Shown piece by piece: positions 42,031 through 56,832 of a stretch of DNA of 64,000 nucleotides. Position numbers and translations under genes: made by a program. Source of the DNA: Trichoplax adhaerens (taxonomy: Eukaryota; Animalia; Placozoa); assembly GCF_000150275.1 (NCBI RefSeq), contig NW_002060957.1, positions 980,445-1,044,444 of the forward strand, written 5' to 3'. Position 1 is the first letter of the stretch, and every line of letters begins with the position of its first letter. The notes beneath the pieces were generated by a model. That model was not told the origin of the DNA and ran no database searches. It saw only the letters and a program-made list of their open reading frames with translations.

Positions 42031-43332
42031 TTACAGAATCCATGAAAATACGACAAAGAATCTACAATAATTGTCGTAGAATGTTACCAAGTAGTTAAGT
42101 CATCTGATTAATTAATTTGATATCCATGATCATATTGCATTATCTAAATCGATGACTAGGCATTACGCAAAGTAATTAAAGATCTTTAAGCTATATTTCT
42201 ACGCTATCGGTGAAGTTTATGAACTGCACAAAGCTAAATTCTAGATTGATATAAAGGGTATATAAAAATTATCGATGTCAATATAGTCAATTTTATGCTT
42301 CATAGTCGAAACTCCATCGCAACATTATTGTCGATACTAATGATATTGAAATCGATTTAAAGTCGATCATTTATCTCGAAATAACTTAGTTAACTAAAAA
42401 TACCATAGGTTTCTCAATTAAGTAGAAATATTAGCAATATTTGCAAGATATTGATTTTTCACTACGCACTACCCCATATAATTTTTCATCGGTAATTCTG
42501 AATCAAGAGTAGAGCTGGTAGTCTCATAGAATAAGTTATAAATTGTGCCGCATTTGTTTATTCAACAAATAAAGTCGTTATCAAAATTGAAAATCTCTCA
42601 TAACTTGATGTTCGACCCTCATTAAATTATCAATTATTTAATGATAAAAAATAATTCTTAATTATATGATAGATTAAATTTACGGTAACTCTATAAATTT
42701 TTATCACTGCTAAATTCATTTGTATCTAGTATTTGTCCAGGAACAGATGGATATTAAATAATAAATGACCAAAGATTGTGCAAGTCATTTACTTCCTATT
42801 CAGCTTGAAAAAAACATATTTAAATGATTGTTCTATACGTCGGTAACAGTCAACTTTGACAGCATTGTTGGTAGAATCAAGTTAATTTTTTTATCCCTAA
42901 ACTGATTGTTCTTTACTTTATATATGTTTGCCTTAAATAAGCAAAAATATTACCGACGTAAAAAAATAACAACAGTATCATAAATATACTTTTTAAATTC
43001 GTATAAAGCTAGCAAGTGAGGTAAGGCTAGGTCTTCATAACTGCATCAGTATTATTTACAATAATAGCATTACAAAGATAAGCAAAAATAATCATGAGCC
43101 TTAGAATACTGTATTACCCTTGTTTGCTAGTGTTTAATAAAACTTGGCTAAATCAATCAATCGTCACAGAAAACTAAAGAGGTTCTTCCATTGCAAGAAA
43201 TCAGCTCTACGGATAATATTAATATCTTACTCTTAAGTAGAGCCTCATCATTTAAATTAATTACTGATTATTTCATAAAGCAGCAATAATAAGCTCATGC
43301 TTAGGTAACCAAAAGTTAGGCATTATGTTGAA

Positions 43333-46300
43333 TTATATATAAAATTCAATGCATCCGTTATCTTGGCATGTCTTGGCTATGCCGAGTGGCCGATACTGAA
43401 CACTAAAAGCATCATCGGTATGATAACCTTGAAAGCAATAACCTGCTAAACTTTGGTGCTCTTTAGTGAATTTCCAGATATCTTTTAAGTAGAATTTTTG
43501 ATTACATCCATGACACAGGAAGGTTGTGCCTGTTTGATCTTGAGCTACGATATCGACTAAACGTGGCGAATGATACAGTTGGCAACTTTTAGGCGTTTGA
43601 TGTGCCGGATAATACTCGTGATGGCAACGGACACAGTGAATAATGCCTGCTGTTGGAAATCGATGTGCTGGTAGAAGTTGACTTAATGCTCTAATTGATC
43701 TAATTTCTTTCTTTTTTAAAACTCGTTGGAGGTAACGATGAACCTCTTGACCTTGCAATGACTGCAATAAGCTGGTTAAGCGCGACCATTCCGACTCAAG
43801 ATACTGACATTCTTGAGGCTCACAACTTTCATCGCTATTCAGAGTATCAATGCTACTGTATTTACTTACGATGGATTCAGCATCCGATCTCGTATCGATA
43901 GACATTTTAGATAAATTGACTATCTTATAAAATAATTAGCTCTCCTTTTTAATTAGAATTTTGGCAATAACTCTTAAAATAACTGCTAAGAATAAAATAA
44001 TCAAGCTCGCGAAGCCTGAATAATTGAATAATTTGACTTTTAGCAGTTAAAATATAAGAATGGTCCAGAGAAGCAATATTACGGATTAGGGCAGAATATC
44101 CAAAATTGAAAATAAGATTGATTTTCCGTGAAAAAATTTTCTCTATCCAAATAAGAAATGGGAAAATAGCCTTATGCCATGAAAATGTTCTATAAAAGAG
44201 TTCTTCGTTGATATAGTTCTATAATTTTATTAATACGTTAATTTTTTTCAACAGAAAATGGTTAGATAAGCATTAAGTGGTCTTTTTAACACGTTGTAAT
44301 CTGCTTGTTTTATCCACCTTTCTTTTTCACCGTAAAAGCTGGACTTTAAGAGATAAACAAAATTGTACTTTCATCAACTATCGTAGCCCGTAAGCAAGAA
44401 TTCTGAGATCCAGTAATGAATTCTAATGTCTTGGTAGCCTTTAACTGTTTCCAACAAATGATGAGATTTTTTGAAACGAAGGAGGCGAAAACGTTAGCCA
44501 ATATATTGATTACGCTTTTATAAACCGCTAATCAATGATTTAGCGGTAATAAAAAATACGGTCGATTACTGGCGTAGTAGCTATATGCCCAATCGATAAT
44601 GAGAACCTTTAAAAGCCACAGAATAATGTTGAACAAAATCTTGTGAACTTTATCGCCTTGTTTTTAAAATCTTCGAGCTAGAATTCTACACTAAACAGTA
44701 GTAAGATGTTTGAGGAAAGCAGGGTTTTCTGCGATGTTAAGTTACGGATAATAGTAAATGGTGTTTTTGTAATCAATACTTTAACTAGTTACAATCATCA
44801 ATCAATCCCTAGTTAAAACAACTGAAATAAATATAGAATTAAAGAAATTAATCAATTCAGTTTTAGTTAGGCATCAATTAAAATGAACTAATTACTCAGT
44901 TTAACAAATGGCATTCTTTCTATTATTATTATGATTTGAATAGTTTATTGAAATGATCATCAACAGATTTGGCTATTTTTGACCTCTTTAACATATCAGC
45001 CGTAAGGTAAGTTGACTAATGAACTAAGTTAGTTCATACTTGATTCATGAATCATGGTAATCACGGAAATATCATTTAAATTAGGTAAGATTTATTAATT
45101 TTAATGTTGAAATAAATTATTTTACTACAAGATAACGAATAAATTTAGCTCTAGATAAAATAAAGTTATTTAGATAAGGAAAAGATGAAACAAATTAAAT
45201 AAATGAACTTCCATTCTGAGCGAATGGGGAGGAGATTAATACCCATGCTAGTAAGCTGGCGTTTAATTCGTTGCAATATACCTTTGTTAGCATTATTTTA
45301 TTGACATAAGTGGACATCACATGGTAGGGAAATTGGTGATTGGTGGTTGAAGTAACGCTGGAATGTCATTTTTTAGATTAGTTAAGGTTACTATTGTATC
45401 GTTATTTTGTGAAAGGTTACGAGCATGGTGTTAACAATATTAACACGATTTACTAGCTATTCTTTTGAGATGGAACATCCCTTAGGCAAATTGCTCTCCT
45501 TTATTCCTTATCCCTTTCCCTAAATAATTTATTATTCTCCATGTCTGGCCATTATGTCCTTTTCACTTGTGTTTATAACTTACAATTTAAAATTGATCTG
45601 AAACTAGTTTAAAGCTATAAGGCAAAGGGATGTTGTAGTTTACTCTAACAACTTGAAATGATTCTGTATGATATTTTTGCACCTATTTCCATTATAGTGT
45701 TGTTGATCACGATGGCATTGAATGATAACAAAACAGCGTTTTAATGTAGTAAAATCTTATTTCCCGTCATGTAGACTCCATTAAAATTGGTTAATATTTT
45801 ATTATGTAATCTATTACGGCATCTATTATTGCAATGTTATAGTATTGTAAATAGCGCCTAACTCACGTTGTATCTAAAGTTGTTATCTTCTAATTTAAAG
45901 TAATTGTCTACTATCGTGAGCACTCTTTCATGAATAGTATTCTTCAGTTTCTTCGGTTAATTAAAATTTTCTGCCAAGCACAATCGATCAAATATTTCAT
46001 GCCAGACGACCATAGTTTCGACCATATCAATGTAGAATATTATTGTGGAGAGAATCCTATTACGCAGCAATAAATTGATTGATTTTTAATCCAAATGAAG
46101 CCATGATTTCCTACGGATTGCTTGTTAGCGGGTAGAGTTTATATTCTATATAAATAATTACTAGCAGTTACAGTGATAGAGTGTAGTATTGAAAGTGGCA
46201 TTTATCCTGAAATTGATATTCACAACATCTAGAATGGGCAGATATTTACTTAAAATTATAGCATAAGAATGAGCCAAAAGCTCTTTAGTCGGTCATCAAC

Positions 46301-46693
46301 TTGCTCTTATCCATAATCATCGCTTTTTCCATCGGCTATCGTATTAATCTATATGCCTGGATGCACGTGGATCACGCGCTATATTGAGTAAATATACTCG
46401 ATATTACGTACGTGCGACACGTACTAAATTAGGTATATCATAGGCAAATTTCATTGACTATGTAAATCAATTTTGACCATAGAACATCGCTATAAATAGC
46501 ACTGATTAATTACCAGGTTGATGTAATCATGATTTTCAAATTTTTAAAGTGTCGGTGACTACCACACAGAATATCTTCTCATCGAAATACGGTAATAATA
46601 AAAGTATCAAGGCATTATCGATGATTGAAGCTAAAATAGCTTACACATTCGGTAAACTAGCAACATCATACCTTCGGATGGCTGAATTCTCAT
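43333..46693 (-). CDS. Uncharacterised Cys/His-rich, putative multi-zinc-binding protein; main exon 43919-43333, probable first coding exon 46693-46672
   Basis: 190-aa ORF with HCVRCH..Y...C.LYH, CHGC, YCFQGYHT and CQDNGC. An acceptor at 43920 splices in frame to the donor at 46671, adding MRIQPSEVNLSK. The upstream exon is less certain than the main ORF. Confidence 0.7.
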
Positions 46694-47856
46694 TTGAAGA
46701 AGTTCCTGTCACGTAGTCGTTAGAAGTAACAATTTGTATAATAATTGTAACTTACGTAGTCGTTGTAATATAGCAACTTTTATAGTACCTGGTTATCACT
46801 GCAGCTCAAGTAAACAAAGTAAACTAACAACGTTGATAATATCCAACCCTCGCAGCATATAAAGGTAGAAACTTGTTGCTTGTGAACGGGAAATTTCCGG
46901 ATATTATTATCGATATTATTATAGGAGACGATATAATTTAATTGATTCTGTTTTGCTTTATCAGCATTTTGCTATTATGGGTTAATTAGGATTAGCAAGA
47001 TTTTCTATAATTATAATCTTGCCTTTTGAAATCGATTAGTGTTTAAGAGCAATCGACTCATTGAGTTACCCTACAATTAGTAGGCCTAGGGTTAGATAAT
47101 TCAGCTTAAATGTCATGACAAGCATAAAGCAACATTATCTCAGAGAATTACTAGCAAAAATGAAATACTCTTATAATATTATTTCATTATGATGATAGAA
47201 ATTTATATAGGTGAAAGCTAATCTGATAACAATGTGCAGTATATAAACAAAGACTTGCAGAAATATCAGAACACAAATCTACTTTACTAATCTCATTAAG
47301 CTTCTGAAAAGAATTGCAGTTTAATCATTATTTGGTATCATAATTATTTATTATTTTTCAATTATTTATTGTACAATAATGATTCAAATATTAATATATT
47401 GATCACGGAAAATTTAGAGTTCGAGTAAGACACGCTTGTTAAGTAAAGAATCACATCCGCTAAAAAGATATATTTGTATATAGAATTAGATATACTGATA
47501 TATACTCATATATATACACCAAGTAGGGATGATGTCGCTTAAGTTGTTATAGTAATGTAATCTTTACCAATTTGAAAGATTATTGACTCGGAGTCGAAAC
47601 AAACGCAAAAATCAAATTATTTCAGTTGTTATGAGTAGCTTATTTGACTTATAAATGATATATCAAGAAATATTTGCATAAATTCGTTTTAAAATATCAT
47701 ATATGTAAAATGAAAAAGGTGGATATCCATGAATAACATTTTGTAGATAGTTTTTCCAAGTAGTTTGCGTTGGAAAGTAATGAGGCTTTCACGTTCTTCA
47801 AATGAGTTAATTTTGTTTTATATCAAAATTGGATAATATGATATATGGAGGATAAA

Positions 47857-50800
47857 TTAGCGGACCGGCAACACCGAAGTTGGCTTATTCTTAATGGTAG
47901 CTGTCACTAGGCCTGCTTTTTTCTTCTGCATATCGCCAGTTTTGCCGTAGAAAAACTAAGAATTGGTGGCAAAAAATTATAGTAGTCAAAAATATGTAAG
48001 AAATAGTCTGACAAATTTGTAAGGAATTTAAAACATGATTTAGTTATTTACCCTATGCTCTGTTCTTATGCGAGCATTATAGAATGCAGCGGAATCAGTA
48101 TTTTCTTGCTGTTAACGTTCAAGAGAAGAGAGAAAATTTTAACAACACTTATGAAATAGGAAGCTTGATTCTATTTGCTACGAGTTTTATAGTTTATTAT
48201 AATTTTTGAATATTATAAACTTAATTTATGTATTAGGAAAACATTTACACGAATTAGCTGCTGATTTACCTGAAGTAAGTCTAATTTTAACCTTTCGAAT
48301 TTTTCTTGATCATCTTCGATCTAATTATTTATTGTACGATAAGATGATTAAAACGCATGCCTTCCAGTAGAAATTATAAAACTTTCATAGTCGACATACC
48401 GCAATGGCCATGGCAATATGAGCATTAGGTTTATCTGGTGTAGCTAAGCTGTTAATATGCTCATCAGAAGGTAAATAGGTGTCAGAATACCATTCATCGA
48501 AATCATGCACTAATCGTTGACGGCATTGATCAAGTATCTTTTGGCAATAATCTAGTTCGGCTTTTTTGTCTCGTAGTGTTTCATAATCTTTTCGATATTT
48601 TGCTTTTGACTAGAGAAATTTAAAGCCAAGATAAGTTTAATTATCTTTAACTCCAAAAAAATACAATAAGGATACATTTGCAGTCATTAAGTGGCACATT
48701 TAGATAAATGTCAATTTTTCGAATCATGAAGCAAATAAGCAAGTATTACCATTCACGCAATTACTGGTCAGTTGTATAAATTTTGCCTACACAATTTGCG
48801 TAATCCCACTAAAAAATAGACCATATAATTATTTTGCTATGTCTTACATCCTTTAAGTCTTTTAAATATGAAAATTCTTCTTCGTCAATAATAGGCTCTC
48901 CAGATTCGGTTAGTAATTCACCATTAGTTTCCGTCTCGCTTCTTTTCTCATCTAATAGATTTCTGACCTAAAGATCATTAAAGTTCATCAAAATTATTGT
49001 TAGTGTCGGTTCTTATTGGATTACAAATAAAGTAAAGATCTTATGCCTCGTTAGATCTTGAATAAAGACGTCTAAGCTAAGGTTATCCAAAGAATTTTTA
49101 TATTAAACGTATTGCTACTTTTAGCAATATCATGGGCATTTTATATTCTTGAATCCTAACCTGATCAATATGGCGCTTATTAGCATTAACAGAATAGGTT
49201 AAGTCTTTGATTGCTTTCTTCTTTTGTTTTACTATATCTACTCATGTTTTGAAGATGGCAATGAATGATAGAAAGAGTATGAAATTAGAATAAGTATATG
49301 ATTCTCGATAGTTTAAAAGGATGATCGATCAGTAACATCTTTTACTAATAATAATCAGACCAAGAGTTAGGCAGTCTTATTTCCTAACCTTTATTGTCAT
49401 TTAAAATTTTAAATATTTCAGCTCCTCTATCTTGTTTAAATATTTCGAAAGCCTCTTGCTTAGTAGGAGGTGTGCTACAAAATAGTTACAATGGATAAAG
49501 GAAATAAGTATAAAGTTTAATAAAATCCAAAAGACAGAAATATGGTATAATTGTAGTAAGCTAATTCGCCAATATACCTGTAGATACTAGCAAATCAGTT
49601 TTTATAAATAAAAATATACCTGGGCGCAATAATAGTTTGTTCTGCAACATGCAGAATTTCATCCCGTACCGGATACGGATCTTGTGTTGGAGTTAATGGC
49701 GGAAGATTAGGATGGGATTGAACGTTATGATGATGGCCATAAGAATGATGATGGATCGAGGGCGAATGGAGATCACCAGCATGTTGATTATGATGATGCA
49801 CATGATGGTCTAAAAGGGCGTGAGAATGAGCATGAGAGTGGGTATGAGAATGAGCACTACCCAGATGCTGATGTTCCAGCTGCTGTTGCAGTTGCGATCT
49901 TTCATTATGTTGGGTTGGATGATAAGTTAATGGGTGTTGAGCATGTTCTGAGGCCTCGCGAGCTTCTGTATGGGTAGCACTTGCAACACGGTGTGCATTC
50001 GGATCAGCTAGATTCATCGAAGTGACAGATGATGTGTCAGAGCTGCCAGTTTTAGGTGGAGAGCTAAAATGTTGATATTGTTTTGAAATTATACAACATT
50101 AAAACCGGATCTGCTAATGCCTGTTATTATTGTGCATAGTACTCTTAGCTTTAGCTCTCAAATCGTTATTGTAGCAAGAACTTTACCCTATTCGATCTTT
50201 ATATCGCTTGAACTTGCTTTTTCTTCCTGCCGGTGATAATTTGCCATCTTGAGTAACCTATCATAAGTTACAACGTAATAAATTATTACGTGCTGTGTCT
50301 ATCATATTAAGTTTTATTCATCTGTATAGCACCAGACTATAACATTTTAAGTAGCTATGCTACTTACTACACCAACTCCAAAGCCTTGACCTTCGTTTTC
50401 GCCTACTTCACGACGGTCATCAACAACCGATATCGTGTTACTCTATATATTGATACCACCCAGACATCAACAGTAGATTAGTCAATTTCTTCAAAATTGT
50501 TTTTAATAGAGCAGTTACTAAAAAGCGTCGCCGATTTACCTTTGGCCTAACGACTGGCAAATCATAAGCTGATCCACCTAATTTTCCAGTAGTTCTGCCG
50601 TTATAATCATTCCTCGATAAGCTTAGAATAAGAATTAAAAAGGACTAATAAATACTTAAACTGATACGAAGGGGATTTAATTAGTAGACATAAATGATTT
50701 AAAAGTTAAGTTTCATTATGAGAAAAAATTTTTACCTCATTTGATTTTTAAATTCTTGGAAAACAGCCTTAACTTGCCGCACACTCTCAATCTAAAATAG

Positions 50801-53800
50801 ATATTCAATATGAGTAGGGTAAATTTTAATATGCACGACTGTACATACATAGTACTTAATAAAATTTAAATTATCGTCTATTTATTAGTTATAAGCTACT
50901 TAAACAAGTATTATCTAATACAGCTTGTTTTGATAAATCAATTTTGTACCTCAATTGTTTCTAGTTGACCAGAAAGAAATGCACGAACTTCTCGTCGAAT
51001 TTCTTGTAAGCGAAGTTCTGATATTGGATCGTAACTGATTTTTCCACGATTAGCCTAAGGATTAAAAAATTGAAATATGTAATAAAGTAAAAAACAATTC
51101 TATTAAGAGAAATGTCCTTATATGTAAGTGAATGTTTCTATAACTTACTAAGGTGCTATGCATAGCTAATTCTAGCTTTAATGCCTTGATTTCTTTTTCA
51201 TATTGCAAAATCAATTGCTATTGGAAAAATAAAAGCAAATTAATGCTCAAAAAGTAATTATTTACCCAATTATTAAACCTTCATTTAGATGTTCTTTAAT
51301 TGTAAATAATATTTAGAGAAAATTTCAAAACTTACCGCTGCGTCGTAGTGGATATTTAATGCTGGCTCGCTCGGTACACACATAACTCTGGCTGCAAAGC
51401 GTAGTGTCGAAGACTGCAAGGATAAAGATTTCAGAAATACATTAATTTGAGATTGAATACAACTGTACTTACTGCTAGACTAGTGCAGTGTAATGTGATT
51501 ACTGTATAGTCGACTATAATACTTACAGTTTCCTCAATCTGGCTTGATTCGCCCCAAATATTAGCAATCATTAGCGTATTGCATTTACCACCTACAAATA
51601 TTGAATTTAATATCAGTAAGGCATGACAATTTGAAATATTCACTCTAGATTATAATATTATACCAATTGAATCCTTTAAAACATGGGTAAGTTTGGATTG
51701 ACGATATGGTATATGTTCCCTTTTCTTGTCCGCTAATGCAATGATGACCTATAACACATAAAGTATCCAAATTTTATATGTTTGTTTTAGTTACATAAAA
51801 TGCTAATAAATCAACAAAATACCTGTTCGAGGAACGTTAAAGATTTATTGATGTAGACAGCTTCCTTTTGGGTATCTCCTCTTGACTGTAAAATTAAAAT
51901 ATAGATATAGAAAGCGACTTTATATTGCTGCATGGGGATGATGTTATCGTATCAACTAACATGAGATATTTATTCTACATTTCAATTTTATGTTAATTTC
52001 TTAATCAGATGAATATTGAATTTCTAGTAAATCTGGCATTAATTATTTTCGGTCTGTAGTGTTTAAAAATAGGACGCTTTATAATTACATACCCCTGTCT
52101 TTCCAAGCCTTTCTGAACCGGCTAAATCAACAAAATGGAGTTTGGAGGATATTACCTTAGCCATAGAATCGACTCTTGAACGTGACTATAGCGGATAAAA
52201 ATGAAAAATAAATATAAATGCCAACATCATATCTGATTATTTTTTCTATAGAAAATATCACACATACTAACCTCAATGTAAACGGTAAAGATGCAGTGCG
52301 AACGAGATGAGCTTTTGTTTAAAGCATGAGATGCGATAACTCTGTTTGTTTCTCCCTATTTTTCGAATATATTACATTGATCAAATAGCCGTCAAGTTAA
52401 AATAATACTATAGCTAGTTACTGTGTCTCCAACCTCAAATAACAAATTTAATGCTTCCTCTTCAGATGTAATACATTGTACTCGTAGACCTTTGACTGAA
52501 GTCGATCCGTTTGGATCCTAGTGTTTTTACGATGAAAGTTATTACTACATTATTTGGAATGAAAATAGAGCATAAAGAAAGTACGTAAACAGCACATTAC
52601 CTCTACCACCGACATAGGCTGTAATTGCTCATGTTGATACAACTTTTGTTCCGGTAAAGTTGAAAGCAGGTCAAACATTGTTTCGTTATAAATTTCTAAA
52701 TACGAGGCGCTGTAGGTGTTTTATTGAAGAAAATAAAAAAGTTTAGCTTTTAGAACTCATTCAATAATATATCAGTTGTTTAGCTTTGTGCTTCATATAA
52801 TAAATAAATAGGTTATAGAATCAATTGTAACATGATATACAGCACTTTAGTAAGCACTTTGGATGCATGAAATTACATAGATTAAATGTTATTGCTATTA
52901 CCTAATATTATAGGCAGTGTCAGTATGTTCTTTAACATGTTGAAAGATCTTAGAGAGATAATATAATATTAATGAGATTAACTGTTTAGATAAAGATTTT
53001 TATACAACATTTTTAGAGATACTTAAAAAAGCTTCTTGATCTTTATAAATATAAATTATGCTAGTAATTAGTTGTATGATAACGGGTTCTTACCTGGGCA
53101 ATAGCTCTAGGTATAATGCCACGATTTTTGTAGTTTTCTGTTGTGCCAGTGATAGTAAATGTCTTACCAGCTCCAGTTTGTCCATATGCAAAAATAGTTG
53201 CTAAGATAAAATATGCAAAATTAGTGCTTCTATTTACTCATAAAGTAGAAATTAGCAAAATAGCCTGACTTACAGTTATATCCATTTAAAGCTTTTGAAA
53301 CTGTGTCTTTGCCACATTCATCATAAACGGCTTCTTGGCTTGCATTGTGTAGTACTTTATCCACATTAAATGTCCAATCTAATCGATAAGGAGAATGATG
53401 ACGTCAAATTACGAGTTGAGCAAGTCGTGAGATCAAAGTTAAGTGTATCTCTGCTAGTATGCATAATTATGGAAAATTTGACCAACTAATTAATCTGAAC
53501 TTGAATTAAAAGTGTAGGCGCTACATTAAATCAAAGAGTCATACGTAGTACAGTACTAGAAATTTGGATAGAGTCTGAAGTGGATTCATAAAGTTGGGTG
53601 GTCGTTATCATATTTACTTCATGTTTTATCCCCAAAAGCTAAATTTAGTCGATTTATAAATTCGCATAACTTACCATGGACCTTGTTGTTAATGAAAGAA
53701 TTGTCTGTAGCCTTCTCATCGTGAAGCACTATAGTCTGAAGAAATCACAAAAGGATTAATACTTATACTTTAATAAGATTGAATAACTCGGCTTGAGTAT

Positions 53801-54532
53801 GGCGTAAAATTAAATGGTTGCTAAGTTTCTTTTATGATTTTAATTCATGCCAAGGCGATAATCTATAGTCTATTCAATTTAATACGTTGTAAGTATGGCG
53901 GAAATCGTAAGTATAGGCATAATAGCATTGCTTCTTTGAAAACTCTATAAGGTAACACAGAGTCTTATTGAATAGTATATATATTGAGTATCTGTTAACT
54001 ACTAGAGCAGAATGATTGTTTGATTACTGTGACTGAAAGTAAGTGATGTCTAACTGACTGTACTGGCCTTCAATTAGAAAATGTGGTAGATATGCAATCG
54101 TTGGGATTTTCAAGCATAAGAATTGACTATTTATAACAGTATCCTACGTTACGATTCATATTCCAGTCACGATGATTATTTCATTAATTAAGTTATCAAT
54201 TGATGGAATATTGTAATTAATAAAATTGAAATCATTCCAGTTAATACCATTGGCCGTAGGACGGTATTAAATGCAAAAGGAATGACGATATTGAAGAAAA
54301 ATTTAGGGATATTGTATGTTATCATAAAATTGATTTCTACTGAAAAAATTTGTCAAGTGCCTGATGTACACAAGAGTTAGAGTAGCCCTATAGTTAGTGC
54401 TGTGATTTTAATTAAGATTTGAAGAATCGCAAATATTACCTTATGATCTGGTTCTATTTTCATGAATTCATGAGCAAAGTTGGCCGTCGGTTTGCTTCGG
54501 ACGACAACCTTGACACGCGAGTTTTTACTCAT
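47857..54532 (-). CDS. KIF9: Kinesin-9 family motor KIF9, ~27 exons
   Basis: N-terminus [24 protein letters not shown] (KIF9-type); P-loop YGQTGAGKT; NKSSSRSH; VDLAGSER; tail [38 protein letters not shown]; TAA at 47859-47857. Confidence 0.93.
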
Positions 54533-54725
54533 GGTACCTACCAATGGATAGTCGACAATTTGATTTCAAGGATAAATTAAAAAATTGTAATGGAAGCGTC
54601 CAATTGAATTTATTTCCTGAATTGGTTAACAATCTGCGATCTTTTACTTTTACTATAAACTTAGTGCTGCAGTTAAATGAAGTGGACGATATTGCTTGAT
54701 TAGCTACGTATACAAACGAAGTTCT

Positions 54726-54739
54726 GTTTCTATGGAAAC
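54726..54739. promoter_or_regulatory. RFX X-box upstream of KIF9
   Basis: GTTTCTATGGAAAC, a near-palindromic 14-bp match to the X-box consensus, 194 bp upstream of the KIF9 ATG. Confidence 0.75.
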
Positions 54740-56832
54740 GCCAGAAATCAGAGGGGCTGTTTCTGCAGGAGAATGAATTCACTGTAGTACAGTACTTTCG
54801 TTCCTTCTAAAGTGCGTACTGTACACTGTACACTGTAGCGCCCATTGCGGACAGCCATAACGGCCAGGTTGGCGCTGGATATACCAATAAATATCAATAT
54901 ATGAGAATGGAGTCTTGATCAGATGCTTAAAATGCTTTATGGCTGTTCCCTCGTCCCATCAAGTACATTATCCCGATCATCTGAGGGAATCTTTATCTAG
55001 TCTGAAGTTTAATTCAGCTCGACCGATCCGAAATCCGATGTAAAAGCCTTACAGTACACCTATTGATATTTGCCTAATATTGGCGGCACACATTTTAAAT
55101 GATTCGTTCAGATAATCGGGATAGTAGTGTACTTTGTCATTATCTGAACGAATCTTAACGCACACCTATGCAGTATCATTGCCATTGATAGAAATGGGCG
55201 TCTTCCTAGTAATCCAGAGTTGTTAGTGACAGAGCATGAATAATTAATTTCAATGGAATCTCTAAAGCGTGCATTTTGTACAACTTCGACATACATTCTT
55301 AGCTGGTTTACTGTGCAATACCGGCGTCATCATCGTTAGCCATCAATTGGAATTTTACTTGTTCTAAGCTATATATCAGGATTGACCATGAATGAAACCG
55401 TGACTACCTTTGTTGTAACATCGCAAGGAAATTACAAGAGTTACTCTGAGTAATATTGCAAATAAGGAATTCTTCTATTTGTCCTTCGCTAAATTCTCAA
55501 GCAGCATAATATGGACTGCAATAAGCTTAGAAACCTCACATTTGTGTTCATTATTCACAAGGATGGAAAGCAACATCGATTATCATGCTTAAGGCAATAT
55601 TTTATTGCATTGATTATATATCACCACACGCTATACTTTAATGAACACACCAAAAATACAGATATGCACATACTATTTTATTGTCGCCAAATAGTATGCT
55701 TCGATATTCTTTAAAAATACCGTTATCTAGGACGTTATACATACTTTGATCGATAATTGCCTAGTTTTATGATATTTTTGATAAACTGATAATTAATGTT
55801 TGTTTATTTTGACTATAAATTAACAGATTTTTAAATAAGGTTTGGTTTAAATTTTGTCTATGGGAAACTAGTGTTCATTACTACCTCCTGACGATTGAGA
55901 AATTGTCTGCATTGAGTGTTGTACTTTAGGTAGATGTTAGAGAGGGCAAATTTGACGGTAGACCCAAGCGTTCGTACTAATTTCTTCATTAAAAAAATAT
56001 ACAATTTTAGCAAATTTTTGACATCCTCAATCTTTTTATAGTCGATAGAAAATTCACATATTAAAATCAAATTGCTAATAATCCAGTATTGTCCAACAAT
56101 AAGCCTTTTATATTTGCTGATATTATTATTCGAGTTATTTTAATGCCGATAACATCATGATCCACTCTGAAGTATATATTATTTAGCGTAAGATCCCATA
56201 ATTACATAATGTACCTGAACAATTAGTACATTGGCGTTGTTTTTGCAGGATTGGTTTATCACTTCATTACTTGCCACTTGTTATTAGACTTGATTCAATA
56301 GTTAGTTGATGGCAGAGAAGACGGTCTCCTGAACTAATATGATATTCTAATCATATTTACTATCAACCACCGCGCAATTGATATACCAAAACTAGATAGA
56401 GATATACAAGGTTAGAAACTTTATCGATAGAAAGAATCTAAAGTAAATTAAAATTTCATTTAGTAAGTGCAATTAGAGGCAAATTGAGTGACTGATAGGG
56501 CATGGAAGAGTATACTGTACATGTATTAAGACATTCAATTAAGATAAGAACACAAGCGTATAGGAAGGGCGCGAAGATATGGAAGATTTTTTAATCAATA
56601 ATGGTAGATAATATTACTTAAATAGCATTTTGTTAACTTTTGAATCATCTAACTATGTTTACGGAATTGCTGTATAAATATCATTATTCATTGTCTACGT
56701 AAGAGAGATTTATATTAAAGTTTAATAGTTGTTTTTACATAGCTCTGAAAATTATGATTACCATGAGCAACTGACAGGTATATTCAATCAATAAGCTGAA
56801 TAGATATTGTCAACTGAATGCAATAATCGTAC

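Noticed and set aside
54950-54970. 5S rRNA-like GTACTTGATGGGA on the minus strand
   Set aside because: Flanks do not match the rest of 5S rRNA.
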